From contig KV454011.1 of assembly GCA_001661245.1 (NCBI GenBank), forward strand, positions 186,001-250,000: a stretch of DNA of 64,000 nucleotides, read 5' to 3'. The stretch is from Pachysolen tannophilus NRRL Y-2460 (taxonomy: Eukaryota). The notes beneath the pieces were generated by a model. It was not told where the DNA came from. It worked only from the letters and a program-made list of their open reading frames with translations, and did not search any database. Of the stretch, positions 1 to 9,463 are shown in pieces (position 1 is the stretch's first letter; every line of letters begins with the position of its first letter). Made by a program: the position numbers and the translations under genes.

Positions 1-3000
1 CATATATCAATAATAGAAATATTATTAGTGATCTTGGTATTCATATTAGCACCACATTTAAGAAGTACTTCAATTACTTCTCTATTACCGCACAATAAGG
101 CAAAATGTAGTGGAGTTAAATCATTGACATCTTTATAATCAATCCTTGAGCCTCTATTTATTAAAAACAATACTAATTTGAAATAATTCTTCATACAACT
201 CAAATGTAACAAAGTTTGCCCCTCCATAGTAACAATTGCCCAATTAGGCGATGTTATTGGTGAATTAGGCATATCTAATAATGATAAAAATTTTAGTAAC
301 ATCTCTTCAGGATTCAACGATGAATTACTGACTTCTTTTACCGTTTCGGTGGCATGAGATATCCACTCTTCATGATTTATGGAATCATTCATTTGATTTC
401 CAGTATCACCATTAGAAATAGAACCCATTGATGAAGGACCGCTGTTACTACCACCTTCACTTTCACTATTTCCTATGATTCTCTTGGCAATATTCTTAGC
501 ATCTTCTAATTTACCATTCATCTTCAATCCTACAATTTGTAAAGCTAACTCAATTAATTGTCTGTCAGTGTCATCATTATAGGTGAAGATTTGTTGTGGT
601 GCTGAAACAGTGTTATTAGCCAATTCCTCATTAGTAATATTATCAAAGTTAACCAAAACTTGACCTGCTTGACTAGCAGGAGGTAAATAAGTAACAATTG
701 TTGAATCTGACCAACAATGAGTAGCCAAAGCTCTATTTGAACCAAATTTAACTACCAAACCAGGACGGAAGTTTGATCCTAATAATGTAACTTCAACTCC
801 ACCTCTTATTGGACCTTGAGCAGGAATTATTCTTTGAATTGAAGGTAATGATGAAACAGGTTGCTGTGGTACAATAGGCAACTGTTGCTTATGTGACAAG
901 TTATTATTAGATCCTGAGGTTGATGTTATTGAAGTTACTGAAGTTTCTCTTTCTGAAGAGCCTATAACCAGTAATGAAGTATTAAATCCTCTAGGAGATC
1001 TTTGATGATCACTACTGCTGCTCATTGGTGAGATTGGATCACGTTTAATACATCTTTGCTGAGTGACACTTTCAAAATAATTATACGACGTTGGAGGAAT
1101 CGAATGAGATCCACTGATGTTCGTGTTAATATTATTACTGTTATTACTGCCAGGAACTGAATCTGTTGGCGAAGAAGGTCTCTTTCTCTTGCTTGGACGA
1201 TTAAATGATTCTGAGGATGAAGTTTGATGTTCTGAAGATGATTCTTCCAATGAAGCAGGTGATAATGGATGTTCTTTCTTAACTTTTTTAACGGCTGATA
1301 TTGTTGAAGAAGTAGATTGAGGAGAATTTGCCATAGAATATTCGGAATTTTCTCTTACATTGTTTGTAGAAGAAGTATTTGCCTTTTCAGCAGTTGATTT
1401 CTTCTTATCCATAATCATAATTGGTTTCGAAAAAGTCTTACCCAAAATCTTATCCTGATGGTCTTTCAAGACAAAAAACAATCTAAAACCTTTTGTTTCA
1501 TGATGATGTCTACAGTAACAGATAATTCTTGACATTATATCAATCTTCTTTTCGCTGACCATCATATGAGAACGGTTAATATCATTATTATTATTATTAT
1601 TATTTTCATTTTGAATTTGTTCTTCCATCATCAACGTGTTTGAATCATTTAAATAATTTTTGGAAAGTAAATCATCACAATATTCGTTAGTATCAATAAT
1701 ATTTTGAGATTGAAATGTACCAGTAGCACCAGTTGGAGGTGGGAATGATATTATTTCTTTACAATTGAATATCACTGCTCTCTTTGGAGCTACCAAGTTC
1801 CAATTAAATCCATCTTCTAAAGATCCATTTTTTCTTCTTGAAGCTCTTTTTAATTCTCTTCTGATACATCTATTACAAATATTACAATTCTTCATTGTTT
1901 CAATTAATCTCACTTGGCCTTCTTCCCTTGTAAGTGATTCAGAATCATTAGGTGATTGCAAATGTTGTTTCAGTTTTGAACGTTTATTTCCTCCAGTTTC
2001 ACCACTTGTAACGACATATGTATCTAAATATAAAATTTGACTCTTTGCAGAGTCGGGTACTTCTTCTTTTAAAAGGTATTTTGTCTTTGAAATAGTGTCT
2101 GATGGTAAATGTAATAAAAATTGTGGAGGTGCTGGAGATATCGATAAGGAAACTTTAATCTGTGTTTCTACTCTTGAATAATCAGGTAATCCTGATATTT
2201 TCAATTTGTAAGGTAATTCATCATCATTTGTTGAATCGTAATATTCCTGTGGTATCTGCAAAGAGTCTTGTTGTTGCTGTTGCTGTTGCTGTTGTTGTGA
2301 TTGTAGTTGGTCATTAGAATCGTCGTTTTCAGTGTCAATAATATTATTGTTCTGGGGAAGGGTAAAAGATTGCAAGTGTGATAAATCTTTAGGACACCCA
2401 AACTTCAATTTCATCAATTCCTGTCTTGAAAGTTCATAATTCTGGAATTCGGAAAATGATGACAGAGGCAAAGTCTGCAGCAGCAGCAGTTGTTGTTGTT
2501 GTTGCAGCAGTACCAGCATCTGCATCTGTTGTTCCTGAGATTGTTCATACATCACGCCTTGATCTTGTTTTTCCTTTCCGTTACCATTGCCATTACCATT
2601 ACCATTGTTGTTGCCAGAAGACATAAAGTCCAAATCCATCATCTCGTGTTTGAATAAATGAAATGCATCATTACCGTCAACGGCGGCAATATCGCCCAAA
2701 TCAGGTGGTGTTGTTGGCCCCACACTATTATTGCTATCATTACTACCATTAACTTGGAAAAAATATTCTTGACCTGATCCAACAACAGTGTTTATACCAG
2801 CACTATTTCTATTATTATCATGATTCTGTGTATTCAAATCTTGAGATAAAAATTGATCAAAAATATTATCACTCTTCTTATTTTTATCATCGGCGCTTAT
2901 TTCTCCATTATGACAAGAATCCACCACCATCAGCGGTTGCGTAGAATCTGAAAGAGGTGGACTTGTTGTACTATGTTCATAAAGTTTTCCATCTAAAAAC

Positions 3001-3122
3001 TCATTTAATAAATATTCATCTTCTTCATCATTCGAATTATGTTCGGTATTAGAAATTAATAATTCATCATTAAAATTCGGTAATATATTATTACCAAATC
3101 TTGAATCTTCATCCAAAGACAT
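1..3122 (-). CDS. SPT23: Spt23/Mga2-family ER-tethered transcription factor (IPT/TIG domain + ankyrin repeats); 3' end runs off the window
   Basis: Not in the ORF track. ATG at 3122 (MSLDEDSRFG...); spot checks are all in one frame down to base 1. Motifs: LPYKLKISGLPDYSRVETQIK, IPT LPSIQRIIPAQGPIRGGVEVTLLGSNFRPG, DRQLIELALQIVGLKMNGKLEDAKNIA, ankyrin VIEVLLKCGAN. Single pre-duplication SPT23/MGA2 type. Confidence 0.93.
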   Translation of the reverse strand, partial: MSLDEDSRFGNNILPNFNDELLISNTEHNSNDEEDEYLLNEFLDGKLYEHSTTSPPLSDSTQPLMVVDSCHNGEISADDKNKKSDNIFDQFLSQDLNTQNHDNNRNSAGINTVVGSGQEYFFQVNGSNDSNNSVGPTTPPDLGDIAAVDGNDAFHLFKHEMMDLDFMSSGNNNGNGNGNGNGKEKQDQGVMYEQSQEQQMQMLVLLQQQQQLLLLQTLPLSSFSEFQNYELSRQELMKLKFGCPKDLSHLQSFTLPQNNNIIDTENDDSNDQLQSQQQQQQQQQQDSLQIPQEYYDSTNDDELPYKLKISGLPDYSRVETQIKVSLSISPAPPQFLLHLPSDTISKTKYLLKEEVPDSAKSQILYLDTYVVTSGETGGNKRSKLKQHLQSPNDSESLTREEGQVRLIETMKNCNICNRCIRRELKRASRRKNGSLEDGFNWNLVAPKRAVIFNCKEIISFPPPTGATGTFQSQNIIDTNEYCDDLLSKNYLNDSNTLMMEEQIQNENNNNNNNDINRSHMMVSEKKIDIMSRIICYCRHHHETKGFRLFFVLKDHQDKILGKTFSKPIMIMDKKKSTAEKANTSSTNNVRENSEYSMANSPQSTSSTISAVKKVKKEHPLSPASLEESSSEHQTSSSESFNRPSKRKRPSSPTDSVPGSNNSNNINTNISGSHSIPPTSYNYFESVTQQRCIKRDPISPMSSSSDHQRSPRGFNTSLLVIGSSERETSVTSITSTSGSNNNLSHKQQLPIVPQQPVSSLPSIQRIIPAQGPIRGGVEVTLLGSNFRPGLVVKFGSNRALATHCWSDSTIVTYLPPASQAGQVLVNFDNITNEELANNTVSAPQQIFTYNDDTDRQLIELALQIVGLKMNGKLEDAKNIAKRIIGNSESEGGSNSGPSSMGSISNGDTGNQMNDSINHEEWISHATETVKEVSNSSLNPEEMLLKFLSLLDMPNSPITSPNWAIVTMEGQTLLHLSCMKNYFKLVLFLINRGSRIDYKDVNDLTPLHFALLCGNREVIEVLLKCGANMNTKITNNISIIDI

Positions 3123-3468
3123 TTTTTTTTTATTTTATTTCTTTTCTTAGGTTTTTTAAAAAAAAAAAACTTAATTCAAAAAAAGCATTTAAACAAAATA
3201 AAAAAATAAGAAAAGAAAAAAAAAAAATAGAAAAAGAAAAGAAAAAAGAAATAAAGATAAAGATAAATTAAATCTAAACTTAAAAATAAAAATGAATGAA
3301 ATTTTATCTTTTATCTATCTTTTTTGATTAAATTAATTAATATAAAATTAAATTTAAATAATTTTAGTCGTCTTGTTTGTTTTACTAATTTATTTTACTC
3401 ATTGACAAGGAAGAAAAGAAGCAAAAAAAAAAAGAAGCAAAAAAAAAAAATTCTCGTTAATTTACTTT

Positions 3469-3487
3469 ACGGTCAAGTTTTGACCGT
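3469..3487. promoter_or_regulatory. Palindromic CGG-N11-CCG (Gal4-type Zn2Cys6) site upstream of SPT23
   Basis: ACGGTCAA-GTT-TTGACCGT, 8-bp perfect arms, about 350 bp upstream of the SPT23 ATG. Reb1-type CGGGTAA at 3582-3588. Confidence 0.45.
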
Positions 3488-3700
3488 TTAAAAAGAAGAA
3501 AAAAGAAAAATAAAATGGCAGATTACTAAATTAAGAAATAAAAAAAAACAAATCGTGCAGTTCAGTACAACTATACCAAAACGGGTAAATTTTTTTTTTT
3601 TTTTTTGTAACTTTTTAATTTTTAAATACCTAATTTGGAAAATACTTCTTTTGGGGGGTTTCCGGGTTTTAGTTGGGATTTAAGAAGAAAAGAGTTTTAA

Positions 3701-4462
3701 TTAAGATAACCTAAATTGTCTTGCAATTGTAATACCATGAGCAACATTTTGAAGTCTTGCATCTAATAAATATCCTTCTTTATCTAATTTTATTAATTCT
3801 TCTGGGAAATTCAGTAATGGTACAGTGAATGTTTCTATGAATTCACTTTCTTCTAAAGCGGGTTTTGGGTTTATATTTCTTTCATCTTTCATATCAATTT
3901 CAACTGTAACTAAAATTAAATTTGTATTTGTAAAACCTGGGTCATTATAAACTATTGGAGAAGTATGTAAAACTTTACCAATATAACCTGTTTCTTCTTT
4001 TAATTCTCTTAATGCACATGTTTCAATTGATTCATTTGGATCAATTAAACCTGCTGGCATTTCAATACATACACCACCAACTGGTGCTCTAAATTGTTTT
4101 TGTAAAACAATTTCTGGTCCTTTAGAATTTTCAATTATAGCAATAATACCAACACCATCAATTTTTGTACCTTCAATTCTAGTCTTTCTAGAAGCCATTT
4201 CCCAATCACGAGTAACACCTTTTGGATCAGTATATTTAATTTTACCAAGTTTAACCCATTTGGCATTTCTAGATTCTAAATCTTCATAACTAATTACCTT
4301 GGCATCAGATGGATTACCTTTAGACATCTTAATAATTTTTCTAGTAGAATAATAGTACTTGGATTGTAATTGTAATTGGAAATTTAAAGATAACGGAAAT
4401 GATTTTTTTAAATTCTTAATTGTTATTGTTAATCTATTAAAACTGCCTCTACCACAATTCAT
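3701..4462 (-). CDS. YSA1: ADP-ribose pyrophosphatase (Nudix)
   Basis: Nudix box GLIDPNESIETCALRELKEETG; QFRAPV; divergent from SUS1 as in S. cerevisiae; second in-frame ATG at 4327. Confidence 0.93.
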   Translation of the reverse strand: MNCGRGSFNRLTITIKNLKKSFPLSLNFQLQLQSKYYYSTRKIIKMSKGNPSDAKVISYEDLESRNAKWVKLGKIKYTDPKGVTRDWEMASRKTRIEGTKIDGVGIIAIIENSKGPEIVLQKQFRAPVGGVCIEMPAGLIDPNESIETCALRELKEETGYIGKVLHTSPIVYNDPGFTNTNLILVTVEIDMKDERNINPKPALEESEFIETFTVPLLNFPEELIKLDKEGYLLDARLQNVAHGITIARQFRLS

Positions 4463-4727
4463 TAAACTATTTTTTTTTTTTTTTTTATTGATAAATTTAA
4501 TTATTTCATCAATTTAAAAAAGGTGATTTCTCATATATGCACAATAATACTTCTTTACTTTAAATTGAAAATTTAGAAAAATACATCACATCAAAAAAAA
4601 AGAAAGAAAAACAAAATTATACCAAAAATAAAAAAAAATTTAAAGTTTCTCTTGTGAACTCATATATATATATATATATATATATTATCATCATCATCAA
4701 CTAGAGGTTCATTCATTGATCTTTAGA

Positions 4728-5021
4728 ATGACCAATCAATCAGATATAAATACTTTGAAACTAAAAATTCAGAATGAATTAATACAAAGTGGACAATATG
4801 ATGAAATATCAAAATTTTTAAAATTTAAATTAATTGAAAATGGATGGTTTGATAATTTTAAAAATTTGGCTAGTAATACAATAAGTGAAAAGGAAAATCC
4901 AAATTTTAGTTCTTTAATAAGAGATTTAGAACCAAAAGCTTTAGAAATGGTACCGGATAACGTTAAGGAAGAAACATTGGTTAAGATAAGGCAATTTTTA
5001 GATAGTGTTATTGATAAATAG
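4728..5021 (+). CDS. SUS1: SAGA/TREX-2 subunit Sus1 (ENY2), 97 aa, intronless
   Basis: KIQNELIQSGQYDEIS...ENGW...EPKALEMVPDNVKEE...IRQFL; real ATG at 4728; next to YSA1. Confidence 0.92.
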   Translation: MTNQSDINTLKLKIQNELIQSGQYDEISKFLKFKLIENGWFDNFKNLASNTISEKENPNFSSLIRDLEPKALEMVPDNVKEETLVKIRQFLDSVIDK

Positions 5022-5309
5022 ATTGATTTATTTACTTAGGGAAAAACTTTTTTTTTCCCTCTTTTTTATTTTATTTGGCATTAGAGAAGAAGAAGAAGAT
5101 ATCGATATTTAACTCTTTACTTATCCTTTTAGAGTTGTTGTTATCGGTTATTAAACGCAGTTATGTATTGGTAATAAAAAATCAGGTAGTGTAGATTTGA
5201 ACACCCATTTTTGTCTTAATTGTAAACAATTTCTCATATATTTTGAAAACAGTAGCGGTAAACTACTATATATATTCAATAATCTTGGTGAAACGTTTGA
5301 AAAGTGGAA

Positions 5310-6142
5310 ATGTCACAGTTGAATAATGATCTAGAGAGCACGATGGTGACTACGGTGATGAATGTTAGCAATTCGTTTATTTCCAGTAAGTATGAAAATT
5401 GAAATTTTTTTTATAATAAATGGATTTTTTTCAAAATTGATTGATTCAGAAAATTAACAATTAGTTTTTCTTTTAGGTTTGGATCATTTACCTTGCGATG
5501 TTGTCAGATCGTTATGGCTTATACAATCTTTGAACTTATCTATCAATCAGAAATTTAATGATTTGAACATGTTAGTGGGTACATGTTCAGGATCGAAATT
5601 ACAGCTGCCTAATGTACTGGTACTTTCACAAATATCTTATCTTCGAGAATCTATCAATAGGTTGAAATTAGAAGTATCACTGGAATGTAAACATTTACTT
5701 TCAAAATTAAATGCACATAAAAATTATTTGGTTAATGATACAATTACAATGAATGAGATTGTTCGGTTAAGAAAAGAAAATTTAAATAAAAATGATATGG
5801 AAAGTTTTAAAAAATTTAAAATAAATTTCTTGAAAAAAATAGGTCACAATGATGTTGAATCAGAACTTAAGATGCAAAAATCAGGAAAAATAGGGCGGGC
5901 CCAACAAGAAGTCATTAATAAAAATTTAATTGCTTCAGATTCAGCTTCAATGGGTTCCTTGAAGAAAAATCAAGTTAAAACATTTGATAAAAAAAATGTA
6001 TATCCAATAAAGTTAAAACTCAAATCCTCAGCGCTTCTTTCTTCACAAAAAAAAATATCATCAAGACCTGCTATCAAGCTCAAAATAAGAACAAACAATA
6101 CGCCGCCACCACCGCCACCACCGCCACCACTGCAGCAGCCGC

Positions 6143-6174
<32 letters not shown>

Positions 6175-6648
6175 AAAAAACAAGCTCCTCTTCTGCTGCT
6201 TCCGACTGGAAGGTCTACAATACAACAATCAATTCCAGATCTGCAACAACCAAATTTATTTGAAGATACAGGACCTAAATATTGCTATTGTAGAACCGGT
6301 GACTCAGGTAAGATGATTGCATGTGATAATCCAAAATGTAAAATTGAGTGGTTTCATTATAAATGTCTTGGTTTCAAAACAAACGAAAAAGTACCAGATA
6401 CTTGGTATTGTAAACCATGTACAGAATTAATGGAAAAGAAAAAGAACAAAAATAAGAAAAAGTCAACTACAAGTGCTGCCAGTGTCACACCTGATGATAA
6501 CAAAAATAGTACAATAAAGAGAGGTAGCTCTCTGCTTAATACTGATAAATCCAGTAATGCTAATAAAAAGCAAAAAATGAAAACGAACGACATCAACATC
6601 CCTAAAATAGGTACAAGAAAAAGTTCAAGATTAAATAGCTTAATATGA
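5310..6648 (+). CDS. YNG1: ING-family PHD finger protein of NuA3; exons 5310-5385 and 5477-6648
   Basis: Spliced N-terminus SFISSLDHLPCDVVRSL resembles Yng1 SFLSTLDHLPCELIRSL. PHD YCYC...MIACDNPKCKIEWFHYKC...WYC. Intron GTAAGT (5386)...AATTAAC...TAG (5476) restores frame. Poly-Pro/poly-Gln tract near 6100-6175. Confidence 0.88.
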
Positions 6649-6743
6649 AATAACTGGCTATTTCGTATTTTAATAAATTTTTTTTTTTGTTTAACTGAAA
6701 CCAAGTTAATAATATACAAGGAAATATACATACTTCTAGTGTT

Positions 6744-8414
6744 TTATCTCCATATTTTCTCATCTGAGTAGTACAAGAAACATAACCCATTGTAGCCAGA
6801 TATAATACCAACAGCGCAATAAACACTATATATCATTAACTTGACAAATTCATATTTTTGTAGTATCTCAAATTTATGACTAACCGCATCCATAACTCCA
6901 ACAATAAATACCATCGGTATTAAACCGAATATGTAGATAAGACTCATTCTATCCAACAAGAAAACTCTTCTGGATAATGAAGATGATATTTTGGTAACCT
7001 CTTGAAATGATGCAAAATATATGATGCACCATACATAAGTATACAATAGTTTAAACATAAATTCACCTGGACCATAGAGTAATGGGAATAACGACACATA
7101 TCCAGCGCTTACCAATAATTGAAATGGCATCACTAATCGTCTATCCTGGATGACCAAAAAGGAAAAGGGGACAATCACCAACATAATTGCTTTTTCATGA
7201 ACGTGCCATCCAAACAAAAAAGACGCAGCTCCACAAAGAGTAATGGAACCTACAAATCTTTCAAAAGTTGGAGAAATCAAGAGAGGAAGTAATGAAAAAG
7301 TTTGGTAGAAAAGGGTCAACAGGAATGTTACCCAAGGTTGTATATTTGGCAAAATTAAAAAATCGACTTCTCCAACTAATCCTTTTGTCATTGACAAATT
7401 GGATGAAGAAAGTTTTAACAGAATTGATTCATGAGATAAATTTGGAGAAAACCTGGAAATTACACTTCCAAAAAATGGTAAAGAGTAAAGCCTAAGCAAT
7501 ATTCTATCAGCAAAAGAATAAATTGCCCAAATATTGGGTGCCCAATACAGATGTGTAAGTCCTCTAGAAAAGGGGAATAATCTTTGCAATAAACTTGGTA
7601 AGACACCATAGTAAATAAAGGGACCAAATGCAACACTGAAAACTCCAATAACAATCAACCCTAATTTTATTAAATTTTGCCATATTACAAAATTGACTAA
7701 ATCATTGATATTTCTAGGAATCTTCCAATTTAAACAATATGCTCTTAATAAGAAAACGAAAAAAGCTGGAGCAATGTACAAAAAAATGTGCTTGAAACAT
7801 AATAATGTAGAAAAGCAAAATGCACATAAACAATACTTTTGTAACTTTGCTGCAACAAGTGCAAATACAAGAATACCAAACATCATTCCATTGTATTGAA
7901 AATGAATATGGTCTACTATAAATAAACCTGGAGATAATGCTAACGAACTCGCAACAACAAATGATCTTGATTTATCTTTAGGTGAAGAAGAATTGACATA
8001 CCATTGTAAAGCAACAAAATAAAGTATTTCACTAATAATGACTGTAGACCTCTGGAAATATATTGTTGGCCATGAATAAACACCTTTATCAACAATATCC
8101 AAACAACCATCTTCCTTAACAATATTGGGCACAAATTGTGAAAGAAGCCATTCAAAATATGCAAAAAAGGGCGGATAATCCAAAGTCCACTGTGATGTAT
8201 TCTCCAAATACCATTGAGATAACGGTAACTTATTCGTTATAGCCAACCAATTTCTATGAACATCGAAATCTGTAGAATGGTATGAAACGAATAAAAGTAT
8301 CTTAAGTAACGTTGAAGCAACCCATATATTCCACAAAGAAAAATTCCTCTCCTCTTTCACTGTAGGAGAATCAACAGCCTTCTTGCTTTTTTTCAACAGC
8401 GACTTACACAGCAT
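6744..8414 (-). CDS. ALG8: Dolichyl-P-Glc alpha-1,3-glucosyltransferase
   Basis: YHSTDFDVHRNWLAIT, WTLDYPPFFAYFEW, DHIHFQYNG, RLFPFSRGLTH[A]YWAPN, GWHVHEKA. Confidence 0.96.
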   Translation of the reverse strand: MLCKSLLKKSKKAVDSPTVKEERNFSLWNIWVASTLLKILLFVSYHSTDFDVHRNWLAITNKLPLSQWYLENTSQWTLDYPPFFAYFEWLLSQFVPNIVKEDGCLDIVDKGVYSWPTIYFQRSTVIISEILYFVALQWYVNSSSPKDKSRSFVVASSLALSPGLFIVDHIHFQYNGMMFGILVFALVAAKLQKYCLCAFCFSTLLCFKHIFLYIAPAFFVFLLRAYCLNWKIPRNINDLVNFVIWQNLIKLGLIVIGVFSVAFGPFIYYGVLPSLLQRLFPFSRGLTHLYWAPNIWAIYSFADRILLRLYSLPFFGSVISRFSPNLSHESILLKLSSSNLSMTKGLVGEVDFLILPNIQPWVTFLLTLFYQTFSLLPLLISPTFERFVGSITLCGAASFLFGWHVHEKAIMLVIVPFSFLVIQDRRLVMPFQLLVSAGYVSLFPLLYGPGEFMFKLLYTYVWCIIYFASFQEVTKISSSLSRRVFLLDRMSLIYIFGLIPMVFIVGVMDAVSHKFEILQKYEFVKLMIYSVYCAVGIISGYNGLCFLYYSDEKIWR

Positions 8415-8807
8415 TTACCAAACAAACTCTGTATATTATATTATCTCTTTTCAAATTCCTTCTACTAATTTTGCAAATGTTTTTAAAAATTACAAAATTC
8501 TATGTGAAAAAAAAAAAAAAATGAAAAATAAAAATAAGTGAAATTTTAAAGAAGCGAGAGGTTAAAGTACCATACAATTGATAATTATAAATATTCTCTT
8601 TAAGAGTGAGCTGCTATTGATTGGAAATGAGCATATTTATGTAGATTATTTTTCTAAAAAGAGTTATACTCGGTAATTACAAAAAAGAATAAAATGAAAT
8701 AAAATTAAATATAATAAAAGACATACATACAGTTTTAAATGCTTTAGATAAATTTGCGAAAAAAAAAGTCAATAATCAAGGGGTCAACAACTTATGAAAT
8801 GATGGCT

Positions 8808-9239
8808 TCACCATTTTTCCTCTGGATTCTTCTTGAACTCTTCGTACAGCTGTTTATTAAACAAGGACAATTCCGTTTCGTTTTCAACACCGTAATCACA
8901 CAATTTCTTTTCTTGATTTTCTAAATCCAATATCCAATCTTCATCGTGCTCCATATTAATGACCAAATTCATTGTCTTGGATCCGTGCGCATGGGTATAT
9001 ATCTTCATAGTATCATAAGCAACATTCCTATATGGCCTTAAGGCACCTGTCGTATTAATTGTATTGATAATTTGATCAAATAGTTGTTTCGGAGTGGTGT
9101 TTTTCAAATCAACATGTTGTACTACATAATTTTTTACATTCCTATATGGGAAAGATCTAATTATTCTAATGGTTAAAACTGCATCCGTCAATGGACGAGT
9201 AGTCGACGTTAGTGGCTCTTCAAGATCAAACTCTGACAT
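8808..9239 (-). CDS. AIM29: UPF0538/C2orf76 family protein
   Basis: TIRIIRSFPYRNVKN, KIYTHAHGSKTMNLVIN, YGVENETELSLFN...NPEEKW; real ATG at 9239. Confidence 0.88.
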   Translation of the reverse strand: MSEFDLEEPLTSTTRPLTDAVLTIRIIRSFPYRNVKNYVVQHVDLKNTTPKQLFDQIINTINTTGALRPYRNVAYDTMKIYTHAHGSKTMNLVINMEHDEDWILDLENQEKKLCDYGVENETELSLFNKQLYEEFKKNPEEKW

Positions 9240-9427
9240 ATTCGGAAATATCCCTTGAATCAATTCATGTTTTTATTAGTAAATATAATTATGTCTTTTA
9301 AAAAATCTCATGTCTAAAAATTTTCTGAGCTTTTCCTGTCCTAAAAGAGGGTATTGAAGAAATTACAAAGTACTATAAAAAAGGGGATACCGCTGAATAT
9401 ACTAATTAATTTTATTTCTTATATATA

Positions 9428-9462
<35 letters not shown>

Positions 9463-9463
9463 A

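Noticed and set aside
554..2626. Short track ORFs 554-745, 1765-2040, 2201-2401 and 2426-2626
   Set aside because: They are off-frame or antisense shadows inside the SPT23 coding sequence.
8360..8407. Possible 48-nt in-frame GTAAGT...CAG intron at the ALG8 start
   Set aside because: No convincing branch point, the frame is open either way, and it is shorter than the other introns here.
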